DNA of 42,952 nt, taken from contig JBDRML010000004.1 of assembly GCA_043812195.1 (NCBI GenBank), positions 1 through 42,952 of the forward strand, given 5' to 3'. The translations under genes and the position numbers were made by a program. This DNA comes from Candidatus Woesearchaeota archaeon. GTDB taxonomy: Archaea > Nanobdellota > Nanobdellia > SCGC-AAA011-G17 > PNOQ01. Below, piece after piece: positions 9,194 to 18,705 of the stretch. Within the stretch, counting starts at the first letter, position 1, and each line of letters begins with the position of its first letter. The notes beneath the pieces are model-generated. The model was not told the DNA's origin, did no database searches, and saw nothing but the letters and a program-made list of their open reading frames with translations.

Positions 9194-9311
9194 ATACGGG
9201 TTTTTAAAAGTATTTAATCGTTTCATTGGTTAATCGGAACTACTTTGAAACATTTATAAAACCACATAATAACCCAATTTCAACAGAACATAGGTTTGAA
9301 GAGAACTTCTA

Positions 9312-9332
9312 ATGCCCGGCTGGAGCATATTT
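9312..9332 (+). repeat. att-like copy 2 of tRNA-Glu 3' end
   Basis: ATGCCCGGCTGGAGCATATTT; 17/18 identical to CCCGGCGGGAGCATATTT of the tRNA. Confidence 0.85.
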
Positions 9333-9425
9333 ATTTAATACACCATTAGAGCTTTTACATTTAGGATATTCTTAGGGATTTAAAATGTCTATTTTACATT
9401 AGTTTGTTAGACAAAGAAAAAATTA

Positions 9426-9764
9426 TTATGTACAAATTACTTTTATTGGGTCTGATTCTATAACTTCGCAATCATGGTTTTCGCATTTAGTAAGGCAATA
9501 AGCGTGTACTTCCCATAAGCTACAAATCGGAGTATCCTGGGTTGGAAATTTTACGCATTCATAGTCTTCATTACAATCTGAACTTTTTTGACAAATTTGT
9601 ATTTCGGGGCACTCTTCAAATTCACAAGACAATCCCTCACGCCCAACGACTGTACCATCGGGACATCCTTTTCCTTCTTTAGTACAACCAGCTATAAAAC
9701 TACATGAACTTGCTACTAAAACTAAAGAAATTAGAATTGCTATTAATATTCCTCTTTTTAACAT
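9426..9764 (-). CDS. Cys-rich secreted protein/lipoprotein (cassette 3)
   Basis: Signal/lipobox-like N-terminus; CTKEGKGCPDGTVVGREGLSCEFEECP motif. Confidence 0.75.
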   Translation of the reverse strand: MLKRGILIAILISLVLVASSCSFIAGCTKEGKGCPDGTVVGREGLSCEFEECPEIQICQKSSDCNEDYECVKFPTQDTPICSLWEVHAYCLTKCENHDCEVIESDPIKVICT

Positions 9765-9865
9765 GTAGTTAATTCATATAAGTAACTTATATATTTTTCT
9801 TTTGTCCAACTTACACTTGTTTTTTATATACTAATCCTAAAGCTCTAACTATGTACATTTTGTGA

Positions 9866-9882
9866 ACGCCCGGCGGGAGCAT
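9866..9882 (+). repeat. att-like copy 3 of tRNA-Glu 3' end
   Basis: ACGCCCGGCGGGAGCAT; 14 nt identical to the tRNA end. Confidence 0.85.
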
Positions 9883-9940
9883 GTTACCTTATTTTAAAAA
9901 TTCTGTAGAAAAATGTATAATTTAAGGTGTATTTGTGCAT

Positions 9941-10453
9941 TTACCCTTTTGTTTGATTAAGTAAATCGTAAATACATTGAATGTTGCCTTCTCTCATTAC
10001 CCAACACCCCCCATAACAATCTTCTTTGTTTTTACAATTAATACATTTTTTATCTGTTTTTATTACTTCTCTATTTCTGTATTTTTTGAATCCATTATTC
10101 CATATATCAATGAAAGACTTTTCTAAGATTGATCCCTCTCTAAATTTTTTCACATCAGGCATTTCTGGACATCCTCTCACGTTTCCATCTGTTCCTATAC
10201 AGCAAGCGGTAAATCCAACAGGACAAATTAATGGGGAATCTCTTATCTTTGTTTCATATTCTGCTAAAAAGGGTAGATTTTCACCAATTTGTATTTTAAG
10301 ATTATCTTTATTTGAAGAAACAAATTCAAATAATTCTACCAATTGTTTTGAAGATAATATCAAATCTTTATCTGCTCTTCCAATTGGCATAACTACACAT
10401 ATTCTCCAATTCTTGACGCCTAATTCCAATAAAAAAAATTTTAATTCTTTTAA
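9941..10453 (-). pseudogene. C-terminal fragment of a radical SAM/SPASM protein
   Basis: PIGRA, CPVG...CIGTDGNVRGC, C..C.....CYGGC SPASM motifs; no CxxxCxxC N-terminus; in-frame stop just upstream. Confidence 0.8.
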
Positions 10454-10458
10454 ATAAA

Positions 10459-10797
10459 TTGAAAATTGATTCTAATGATGCTTATGATAGCCTTATAAAA
10501 ATAAAATATATAGGTAATAAAATAGCTACTTTATATTTAAGAGAACTATGTTGGTTATTTGATATAAAACCAAATGATTATACGTTAATTTTTCCAATTG
10601 ATACTTGGGTTAGGCAAATAATTAATAGATTAAATATATTAGAAAGTTCAGAAGAAAAATTTAATGATTCTGAAATACAAAAGAAAACAATAGATTTTTG
10701 CCTTAAAAATAATATAAACCCTATGAAATTTAATGCGGGAATTTGGTATATTGGCAAAAATTCTTTAAATATAGTCTTGGAAGAGATTAGTAAATAA
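10459..10797 (+). pseudogene. C-terminal fragment of an HhH-GPD DNA glycosylase-like protein
   Basis: LIKIKYIGNKIA helix-hairpin-helix and FPIDTWVRQ motif occur right after an unconvincing TTG start. Confidence 0.65.
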
Positions 10798-10900
10798 TTA
10801 ATTGTAAATACTTACATTTCAGGCAAAATAAACACTTATCGGGCAAATCCAACAAACCCATAAGATTTTTAAGCTATCTTTTTTAATAAAAATAGAGAAA

Positions 10901-11251
10901 ATGGTATACAAACAAGTAAAATCCAAATTTATCAAAGATAAAATAAGAGGATTGAGGTGGAATAAGAAGAATGTAGAATATGTAGATAATTTAGTATTTA
11001 TAGAAGATTATATTTTGGATAAAACTGCTGGTCTTGGAGTTGGTTATAAAATTAATTCATTTAAAAATAAATATAAAAAAGAATATGAAGAAATTTATAA
11101 AGAATTAAGACCTAAAGAATTTAAGCAAGTTAAAAAAAGAAAAGTAAAAGAAAGGAAAAAAGAGGAAAAGGAAAATAGAAAATTTGATGAGGATAAAAGA
11201 AAAGAAGAAGAACAAGCTAAAAAAGAATGGTTAGAAATGGGTGGTAAATAG
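10901..11251 (+). CDS. Highly charged hypothetical protein
   Basis: 116-aa ORF, TTTTTAAG TATA-like element upstream. Confidence 0.65.
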   Translation: MVYKQVKSKFIKDKIRGLRWNKKNVEYVDNLVFIEDYILDKTAGLGVGYKINSFKNKYKKEYEEIYKELRPKEFKQVKKRKVKERKKEEKENRKFDEDKRKEEEQAKKEWLEMGGK

Positions 11252-11347
11252 TTTTCACCCTTTGTGCAACAGCTTCAATGCGACAGCCGATTTTGAGACA
11301 CTACCGAGCATAGTAATATTTATATAGTTCTAATTCTAAAAATAGAT

Positions 11348-11698
11348 ATGGCAAAAAAAGCTGGAAGAACACACGATAAAGGAGATGACAAGATCCTTTT
11401 TGCTTTCTTAGCTACTTTTCTTAGTATAATTGGATTTATAATAGCTTTAATTGCTAAAAAAGATGATAAGTATGTAATGTTTTATGCTAAACAAAGTTTG
11501 ATAGTTTTTATATTTGCTATTGCTGTTAGCATTATTCAGGCCTTGCTTGCTTTTATTCCTATATTGGGTTGGATAATTAATTTTGGCCTTGGGATTATAA
11601 CATTTATTGCATGGCTTTTAAGTTGGATTTATTCTTTATCTGGAAGTATGAAAGAAGTTCCGATAATTGGAATTTATGGAAGAAAATTTAAACTCTAA
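11348..11698 (+). CDS. DUF4870-like small membrane protein
   Basis: YVMFYAKQSL, FIPILGW, VPIIG; three TM segments. Confidence 0.75.
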   Translation: MAKKAGRTHDKGDDKILFAFLATFLSIIGFIIALIAKKDDKYVMFYAKQSLIVFIFAIAVSIIQALLAFIPILGWIINFGLGIITFIAWLLSWIYSLSGSMKEVPIIGIYGRKFKL

Positions 11699-11737
11699 TT
11701 TTTTATACACAAACTTTAAATAGATGTTTTTGAAATT

Positions 11738-12547
11738 ATGATTATGAAAAAGAAGAGGGTTAAAAAGAAGATAAATGAAGAGACTAGTAAAAGCTACAAA
11801 TTAACTAGTGCTGCTTTAGTTATATTTTTATTATTAGTTGGTATTGTTATTGGTGCTATTGGCCAAAATTATGTTGGTTTTATCAAAGATGTTACTCCTG
11901 TGAATATTGATAAGACTAAATTTGAAACTGAGCCTGGAACAATATATATTAAAGTGCCTGCTGTAGATAATGAGGGTAATGGAGTTTATACTAAATTAGG
12001 TGTTAAAATTGAGGAAGGAAGTGGAAATACATTAGTTGATATTGATAGTTTATTATTTTGGGTTGATACTCAAAATAGTATAAGAATGGCTAAATTAGTT
12101 GCTGAAGAAACTACAGGTATTAATACTGAAAATTATGATATTACATATATAATAAATGCTGATGCTAGTTTGATTGGCGGTGAAAGCGCTGGTTCTGCTT
12201 TGACTATAGCTACAATTGCTGCCTTACAAAATAAAGAATTAAGAGATGATGTAATGATTACTGGAACTGTGAATCATGATGGTTCTATTGGTCCTATTGG
12301 GGGAGTTTTACAAAAAGCACAGGCTGCTAAATCTGCTGAAGTAAAAACTTTGTTAGTTCCTTTATTACAGAGTAGAGAAGTTACATATGAAGAAACAGAA
12401 CATTGTGAGCAATTTGGATTATTAGAATGGTGTACTATTGAAAGAATACCTGTGCAGATTAATATTGCTGAGGAAACAGGACTTGAAATTATAGAAGTTG
12501 GAACTATTAAGGATGCTTTGACTTATCTTATTAAAGAAGACAGTTAA
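11738..12547 (+). CDS. Membrane-anchored Lon-like (S16) serine protease without ATPase domain
   Basis: IGGESAG (Ser), MITGTV..DGSIGPIGGVLQK (Lys) dyad; N-terminal TM helix. Confidence 0.9.
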   Translation: MIMKKKRVKKKINEETSKSYKLTSAALVIFLLLVGIVIGAIGQNYVGFIKDVTPVNIDKTKFETEPGTIYIKVPAVDNEGNGVYTKLGVKIEEGSGNTLVDIDSLLFWVDTQNSIRMAKLVAEETTGINTENYDITYIINADASLIGGESAGSALTIATIAALQNKELRDDVMITGTVNHDGSIGPIGGVLQKAQAAKSAEVKTLLVPLLQSREVTYEETEHCEQFGLLEWCTIERIPVQINIAEETGLEIIEVGTIKDALTYLIKEDS

Positions 12548-12577
12548 TTATATAAATCTCTATGAATTGTTATTGTT

Positions 12578-13021
12578 ATGAAAAGAGGTCAGGCAGCTAT
12601 GGAATTCTTGATGAGTTATGGTTGGGCTATTTTGGTTGTTTTAGTTGCGATATCTGCACTAGCTTATTTTGGAGTTTTAGATCCTAATAATTCATTACCA
12701 GAAACATGTATACTTTTTCCAGGTTTAGGATGTGATGATTATAAAGTAGATAGTAATGGAGTAACTTTAGTTATAACTAATGGTCTTGGAAAAGATTTGG
12801 AGTCTTTTAGCATAACTGTATTAGGAGATGGTGCATGCGGGGAAGATAGTTCTCAAACAGTTAATTTGAATGATGGTGGCAGGGTTATATTAAATATTGA
12901 TTGTATTGAAAAACCTACTCCTGGCATGAGATTTGTGAGAGAATTACAAGTAAATTATAATGAAATTGGAGGATTAGATCATAATAGACTTGGAGATTTG
13001 TCTACTATGGTTGAAGATTAA
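12578..13021 (+). CDS. Type IV pilin (class III signal peptide), paralog A
   Basis: KRG/QAAMEFLMSYGWAILVVLV. Confidence 0.85.
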   Translation: MKRGQAAMEFLMSYGWAILVVLVAISALAYFGVLDPNNSLPETCILFPGLGCDDYKVDSNGVTLVITNGLGKDLESFSITVLGDGACGEDSSQTVNLNDGGRVILNIDCIEKPTPGMRFVRELQVNYNEIGGLDHNRLGDLSTMVED

Positions 13022-13773
13022 TTTTTTAATATAGAACTTTTCATAATAATTCCTTTGGAAGTTATATCTATTTCGAATACTTTATTTGGGTGTTTTGTTC
13101 CTCTCATCTTTAAAATTTCTAGACCTCTTTTTCTACTGCCTGATTTTAATGGGTGATACAATAACATTATACCTTCTACTTCAAAGTCTAGTGCTGCTGA
13201 AAATACTGGGTTTCCGTGTTCTTTATCTTCGTCTCCTTGTGCAGTTAGAACTGTTGTGCATTGCCAATCATTAATCATGTTGAATAAAGATAGTGCTGCT
13301 TCTTTTTTTGCTAATTCTGAAGGATATAATAATGCGAATGAAGTTATTGAATCTATTACTAATCTTTTTACTTTCTTTTTTGTTATTGTAGTATCTAGAG
13401 TTCCACCACCTTCTACTAATACATTTTTAATTTGTTCTGGGGTGTATGATAAGAACGTGAATATTCCTTTTTTTTCATAAGATTCTAAATCCCAACCTAT
13501 TGTTTTCATATCTTGATAATATTTATTTTTGTTCAATTCAAATGTTATATACATACAACTTTCTTTTTTCTTTAGACCTTCCATAAGAAAACTGGTAGCT
13601 AATATTGTCTTACCTGATCCTGGCCCGCCTTCTATTAAATTTATACTGTAATTTTTGTAACCTCCCTGAATTAAACTATCTAATTTTTTAATTCCTGTTG
13701 ATAATCTTGATGGTACTTTTTTGGGAGCTTTTTTCTTGACTATTTTCTTTTTTGTTTTCTTTGTTTTTGCCAT
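13018..13773 (-). CDS. KaiC/FlaH-like (RAD55-family) ATPase
   Basis: STGIKKLD, GGPGSGKT, LVIDS, KMRGT; Lys-rich N-tail. Confidence 0.9.
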   Translation of the reverse strand: MAKTKKTKKKIVKKKAPKKVPSRLSTGIKKLDSLIQGGYKNYSINLIEGGPGSGKTILATSFLMEGLKKKESCMYITFELNKNKYYQDMKTIGWDLESYEKKGIFTFLSYTPEQIKNVLVEGGGTLDTTITKKKVKRLVIDSITSFALLYPSELAKKEAALSLFNMINDWQCTTVLTAQGDEDKEHGNPVFSAALDFEVEGIMLLYHPLKSGSRKRGLEILKMRGTKHPNKVFEIDITSKGIIMKSSILKN

Positions 13774-13809
13774 TGTTTGTTTTTTGATTTTTAGATATAT
13801 AAATCTTCT

Positions 13810-14799
13810 CTATACGTCAAGTAAACCACCCATAAATTTTCCTATAATGAGTCTTACTATGAAGAATACTACAAGAGATAATATACTTAATGGAAGTATG
13901 TATTTTACGCCGTATTTTACCTTACCTTTCGCTATCAGGCCTATGATTAAACTCCCCATTATAGAAGATATGAGAAGTGTTATTATGCTGTAAGTTAAGA
14001 TAAAACTTTCATCTACTGCCATTGATGAAAATGAGACCATTGGTAGAGACAATCTAGATGTTGCGGCTGAATCTGGAATGTCAACTTGCCCGAATACATC
14101 ATTTAGTACACTTACTAAGAAAGTGCTTAATCCAAATAAAATTGGTGCTCCAATAGCAATAGCAGCAAATATAAATATTACATACATCATTACGTTGCTT
14201 CTAATTTTTTCATCTACAAGTCTTTGTTTTCTCAGATTATCTGAAGTTTGAGAAAGAAGTTCTGCTAATCTTCCACCACTTCTTAAACCAGATACGATGA
14301 GAGCCATAGATTTTTGATATTTTTCTGAATTTATTCTTTTTGTGCTATCCATTAACGAGATGGTAATTTCTTTTCCTGTGGTAATTTCTTTTCCTATTCT
14401 GTTCATTTCTATTCCAAATATACCAAATTCTGGCTTTGCACTTGTAAGCAATGCCTGATCTATTGTTAATCCTGCTCTTAAATTTGAGGACATAACTTGC
14501 AAGGCATCTGGAAGAACTGATTCTACGTTTTTTGCTATTGCATCTATTCTCATATTTATTGGAAGATAAACTAAAAATTGTAAAATTATGAATATTCCTA
14601 TCCAGCTAAATATCGGAGGAATAGCTGAGTATATGGTTCCTAATATGAAAGCAAGTATGATTGATATAAATAATGTTGATATAATTATGAAACCTAAATA
14701 CATCTCTGGATCTATTTTTGAGTTAAGATATTTTAAATCCTTAAGATAGTTTTCTCTTATCTTTTTCGGATATATTTTTGATATTTTTCTGTATACCAT
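13810..14799 (-). CDS. Type II secretion F / TadC-like pilus platform protein
   Basis: LPDALQVMSSNLRAG, SGG.LAELL, multiple TMs. Confidence 0.9.
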   Translation of the reverse strand: MVYRKISKIYPKKIRENYLKDLKYLNSKIDPEMYLGFIIISTLFISIILAFILGTIYSAIPPIFSWIGIFIILQFLVYLPINMRIDAIAKNVESVLPDALQVMSSNLRAGLTIDQALLTSAKPEFGIFGIEMNRIGKEITTGKEITISLMDSTKRINSEKYQKSMALIVSGLRSGGRLAELLSQTSDNLRKQRLVDEKIRSNVMMYVIFIFAAIAIGAPILFGLSTFLVSVLNDVFGQVDIPDSAATSRLSLPMVSFSSMAVDESFILTYSIITLLISSIMGSLIIGLIAKGKVKYGVKYILPLSILSLVVFFIVRLIIGKFMGGLLDV

Positions 14800-15740
14800 T
14801 ATTCAAGTAAATTGGGCCTCCTTGATTTTATCGCTCCCAAAAACATTATTTGCATGAATAGGACTAATGCCAATAAACTGATGAATATGAATTTTACTAA
14901 ATTACTTGGAATATTAGCCATTGCAGAGATTATCATTATAAAAGTCACTCCTAAAGATGGAATTATGACTGCTACCATCATGTAGAACATTGCTAGTGGA
15001 TTTAATTGTCCGCCATATCTTTGTATTTGAATAACTTGTTCTTCTGAAAGTTCTCCTATAGAATTATTTAGAACTTTAGTCACATCACTTCCAGTTTTCA
15101 TTCCTGTTGTAATTTGCCATATTGCGCTTTTAAAATAAGGAGAGGGATTTCTTTCTGCTACTTCTTCTAAAGCAGTTATCTGACTTTTTCCACCATAAAT
15201 TTTTCTAATTGCTGATTTGAATTCATCTGATACTGCACCATAATCTCCTGAACTTACACTTACAAGTGCGTCAAATAGCGGTGCTCCTGAATTAAGTTGG
15301 ATTAGAATATGTTGTAGAGCTGGTAATAAATTTTTATCAATTTGTTTTATTTTTCCGAACGCTTTAAATTTAGGATACATAATTTGTTGGATTAAAATAA
15401 ATAATACAAGTATGGCAACAATTAGCAACGCCCCTAATGCTGTATTCATTTGAGCAACATTAGCTACAGCATATCCTGTTAGTGGACCTGATAAATCTAT
15501 TGTTGTAAGTCCTTTTGTGCTAAATAATATTGCTAAGAGTCCTAAAATAATTAAATTGATTAAAGATGATGTTAACACCATACTCATGTATTGTATTGGT
15601 GTATGTTTTATATCGGATCTTTTAAGATTCAATTCTAAATTTGGGATTCTTGGAGCTAATTTACTACTTATATGATCAAACATTGGTGATATTTTTTGTA
15701 GAATTTTTGCTGGTACAATAGATAGAGGAGGTCCCTGCAC
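14799..15740 (-). CDS. Type II secretion F / TadB-like pilus platform protein
   Basis: LLPALQHILIQLNSG.PL..AL, YGAVSDEF, multiple TMs. Confidence 0.9.
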   Translation of the reverse strand: MQGPPLSIVPAKILQKISPMFDHISSKLAPRIPNLELNLKRSDIKHTPIQYMSMVLTSSLINLIILGLLAILFSTKGLTTIDLSGPLTGYAVANVAQMNTALGALLIVAILVLFILIQQIMYPKFKAFGKIKQIDKNLLPALQHILIQLNSGAPLFDALVSVSSGDYGAVSDEFKSAIRKIYGGKSQITALEEVAERNPSPYFKSAIWQITTGMKTGSDVTKVLNNSIGELSEEQVIQIQRYGGQLNPLAMFYMMVAVIIPSLGVTFIMIISAMANIPSNLVKFIFISLLALVLFMQIMFLGAIKSRRPNLLE

Positions 15741-15743
15741 TTA

Positions 15744-17417
15744 TCATCGCCCCCTTTTCTTCTTTGTTTTTTTAATATTAGATTTTTTAATTTTCCTATG
15801 TAATTTTTTAGTATTTAACTTTTTAATTTTTAATCTCTCTGGTAATTTTTTAATTGGTTTTTGAGTTGTTTTTATTTCTTTTGTTATGTTAATATTGGAT
15901 TTTTTAATTTGTACTTCTTTTTCTTCCCTTTGTTCATTTTTTACCATATTTATTATCTTGTTTGCATCATATTTAGGATTTAAGTAATAATTTCTTATTA
16001 TAGAACCAACTTCTTCTACTGTTCTGAAATTATTTTTAACCATAAGATCTAGTAATTTTTTCTTGTTGGCTAAATCTTTCTTAATCTCTACAAGTGTCAT
16101 TCCAGTATATTTAGATAAATCTTCGTAAAGTTTGATTGGTTCATTATGTTTAATTATTTGGTCTATATCTGGTTTCCATCTGAAAAGTAGATTTGGTTTT
16201 ATGCTTATGAGTTCTCCTTCTGCATCTACTAATTCTCCAACTTGTAAAACTCTTCTTATTCCTTTTCTTCTATCTCTAAACATGACGACATTTAAGTTTA
16301 CAGCACTCAATAGATTTGCTGGCAAATTAATTGGAGGATTTACTAATCTTCTTATTGTTTCTCCGATAGAATCTGCGTGTACAGTTGAATAAATGCTGTG
16401 ACCTGTATGGAGCGCTTCAAAAAGAACTTCTGCTTGCTCTTTTTTTCTGATCTCTCCAAAAATAATTCTATCTGGTCTCATTCTTAAGGAATTAACTAGA
16501 AGGTCAAGCATTGTTACTCCGCCTTTTCCTTCTGGGTTAGGTTCTCTAGTTGTTAGTGGACACCAGTATAAAGATGAAGGCAATTGAATTTCTCTTGTAT
16601 CTTCAATTGATAGTAATCTTTGATTTTCTGGAATAAATGGCATGATAACATTTAGGAAAGAAGTTTTTCCTGATGCTGTGCCTCCAGAAATTAATATAGA
16701 CATTTCATATTGAATACATAACCAGATAAGTGAGAATATCTCTGCTGAACATGTTTTATTGTTGATAAAGTCTGTCATCGTCCATGGATCTCTTGCGAAT
16801 TTTCTTATTGTTATGGTGTGTCCTTTTCCTGAAATTGGATGTAAAACAGCGTTAACTCTGTCTCCGGTTGGCAAATATGCATCTAGAAGGGGTGTAAGTG
16901 TTGTTATCTGTCTACCTGCTCTTCTTGCAATAATACTAGAATAATTTTTAATCTGTGGTTCTGAAGTTAAAGTTATATTAGTTTCTAACCATCCATATTT
17001 TTTGTGATAAACTCTTACTGCTTCTGTTGAAGAATTGATTACTATTTCTTCTAAATTTTCATCTGATAATAATGGTTCTAATTCACCTAGGCCCAACATG
17101 TCTTGAATTAATATCCCAATTAAAACTTCACTTGTTTTGTCTGGTAAGTTTTGCAACTTCTTCTTAAGCATTTCTTTAGCTTTTGTCTTAAATCTCTCTT
17201 TTATGTGATCTATCTCTTTTATATCTAGAATTTCTGCTCCTGAAATATTTACTTCTGTGATTAATTCTATTTTTATTTCATCTAATAGTGCTTTGGTTGC
17301 AGGATGTAATTTTGGCCTAATTAATTCATATATGTTTGTTCCTTTTGAGGATTTGTTTATATTAACACTTACAAGTAATTCTTTTGATGCAACTTCATAT
17401 GTTTCTATTTTTTCCAT
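15744..17417 (-). CDS. Type IV pilus assembly ATPase (VirB11/TadA/FlaI family)
   Basis: TIRKF, GGTASGKT, SIEDTRE, LRMRPDRIIFGEIR, TGH...STVHA. Confidence 0.95.
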   Translation of the reverse strand: MEKIETYEVASKELLVSVNINKSSKGTNIYELIRPKLHPATKALLDEIKIELITEVNISGAEILDIKEIDHIKERFKTKAKEMLKKKLQNLPDKTSEVLIGILIQDMLGLGELEPLLSDENLEEIVINSSTEAVRVYHKKYGWLETNITLTSEPQIKNYSSIIARRAGRQITTLTPLLDAYLPTGDRVNAVLHPISGKGHTITIRKFARDPWTMTDFINNKTCSAEIFSLIWLCIQYEMSILISGGTASGKTSFLNVIMPFIPENQRLLSIEDTREIQLPSSLYWCPLTTREPNPEGKGGVTMLDLLVNSLRMRPDRIIFGEIRKKEQAEVLFEALHTGHSIYSTVHADSIGETIRRLVNPPINLPANLLSAVNLNVVMFRDRRKGIRRVLQVGELVDAEGELISIKPNLLFRWKPDIDQIIKHNEPIKLYEDLSKYTGMTLVEIKKDLANKKKLLDLMVKNNFRTVEEVGSIIRNYYLNPKYDANKIINMVKNEQREEKEVQIKKSNINITKEIKTTQKPIKKLPERLKIKKLNTKKLHRKIKKSNIKKTKKKRGR

Positions 17418-17767
17418 AATAGTTCTGGACCTCCAAACACTGGATAAGCTATTTCAATTAAACTATGTTCTTGTAAAATCTTACTCCAATCCTCTGCTGT
17501 TTTTTTATTTATTTTGAATTTGGTCGCTGCTTTTTTTAATTGAACTTTTTTAGATGATTTAATAAATTCATAGAATCTATCTATATCTGTTGAGTAAATT
17601 TTGCTAGAGAATTCTTCCTGTTTTTTTGGCTTTAATATTGTGATTAATTTTTTTAATTTTGATTTTTTAACTGTTTTTTTAGATTTAATGGATTTTTTAA
17701 CAGATTTCTTTGTAATCTTTTTAATTGCTTTTTTAACTGAACCCCTCTTTTTTTTGATTTTTGCCAT
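17405..17767 (-). CDS. Pilus-operon protein with Lys-rich N-terminus and winged-helix-like C-terminus
   Basis: TDIDRFYEFI...AATKFKI...AEDWSKILQEHSLIEIAYP. Confidence 0.65.
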   Translation of the reverse strand: MAKIKKKRGSVKKAIKKITKKSVKKSIKSKKTVKKSKLKKLITILKPKKQEEFSSKIYSTDIDRFYEFIKSSKKVQLKKAATKFKINKKTAEDWSKILQEHSLIEIAYPVFGGPELLWKK

Positions 17768-17829
17768 CTTTTCTTATTCGATTTTGATTTGTTTTACTTC
17801 TTTATTAATTATTCGATTTGTTTTTGTCT

Positions 17830-18705
17830 TTAGGCTATTCTGACTGTCCTATTCTTAAAAATATTGATTTCTGTGAAGTTCATTAATACTAATCCTGCAG
17901 GATAATTTGCTGTTACTTCTTCAAATAGGGCAATTGGTATTGTTAGAAGACTTATTATATATGGTTTGTCATAATCTATATCTATACTTGATGGTGTTAA
18001 TGTATTAAAATCTATCTCACAGCCACTAACTCTGAATTGATTATGCTCTGTATTTGAGATATTTTTTGATATGTTTGTTGTATAACCATCATAATCACTA
18101 GCTATAATGGTAAGACTTATTTTGTTGATTGTGCTTTCATTAACTGGATTTTGTATAATCCATTCTATATTTCTGTCGTGGTTTATTTTTTCATTTAATA
18201 AATGTAAGTATAATTCATAATTTTGACTTACTACATCTGTAGTTATTTTTACATTTATTTTATCATTTGAATTATAATGGGAATATTTTATATTATGTGG
18301 TTTAAATAAAATTGGTATTTTTTCGTTGGGAGAATATAAAATGTCTGGATTTAATATTATTTCTTGCTGATCTGATTCAAGATAACTTTTTAGATCAAGA
18401 ATTGAATCATAAAAATCTGATCCGTATTCTTCAAAACTTGAATTTATTGTTTCTGTTATATTTATTTGTGTAAGAATTGGTATTTCTCCTATTCTTTCTA
18501 GAGATATGTCTATTCCATTATCCATTTCTTTTATTGTTCTTCCTAAAGACCTTTCTAAAGAAGATATTCTTTCTAAGCTTCCTGCCTCCATTAATCTATC
18601 ATTTGATTGGTTTAAAGTTTGAGAGTATAGAATAGATAATACTAAAATTAAACTTACTAACAAAAATCCTGACAATGTAAAAAAGCTTCCTTTCATTTTA
18701 ACCAT
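17830..18705 (-). CDS. Minor pilin-like protein
   Basis: KG/SFFTL + hydrophobic helix. Confidence 0.7.
   Translation of the reverse strand: MVKMKGSFFTLSGFLLVSLILVLSILYSQTLNQSNDRLMEAGSLERISSLERSLGRTIKEMDNGIDISLERIGEIPILTQINITETINSSFEEYGSDFYDSILDLKSYLESDQQEIILNPDILYSPNEKIPILFKPHNIKYSHYNSNDKINVKITTDVVSQNYELYLHLLNEKINHDRNIEWIIQNPVNESTINKISLTIIASDYDGYTTNISKNISNTEHNQFRVSGCEIDFNTLTPSSIDIDYDKPYIISLLTIPIALFEEVTANYPAGLVLMNFTEINIFKNRTVRIA

Noticed and set aside
8374-9882. Repeats considered as a CRISPR array or split-tRNA halves
   Set aside because: Spacing of 360-580 bp with genes inside is not CRISPR; copies lack a T-arm and complementary leaders
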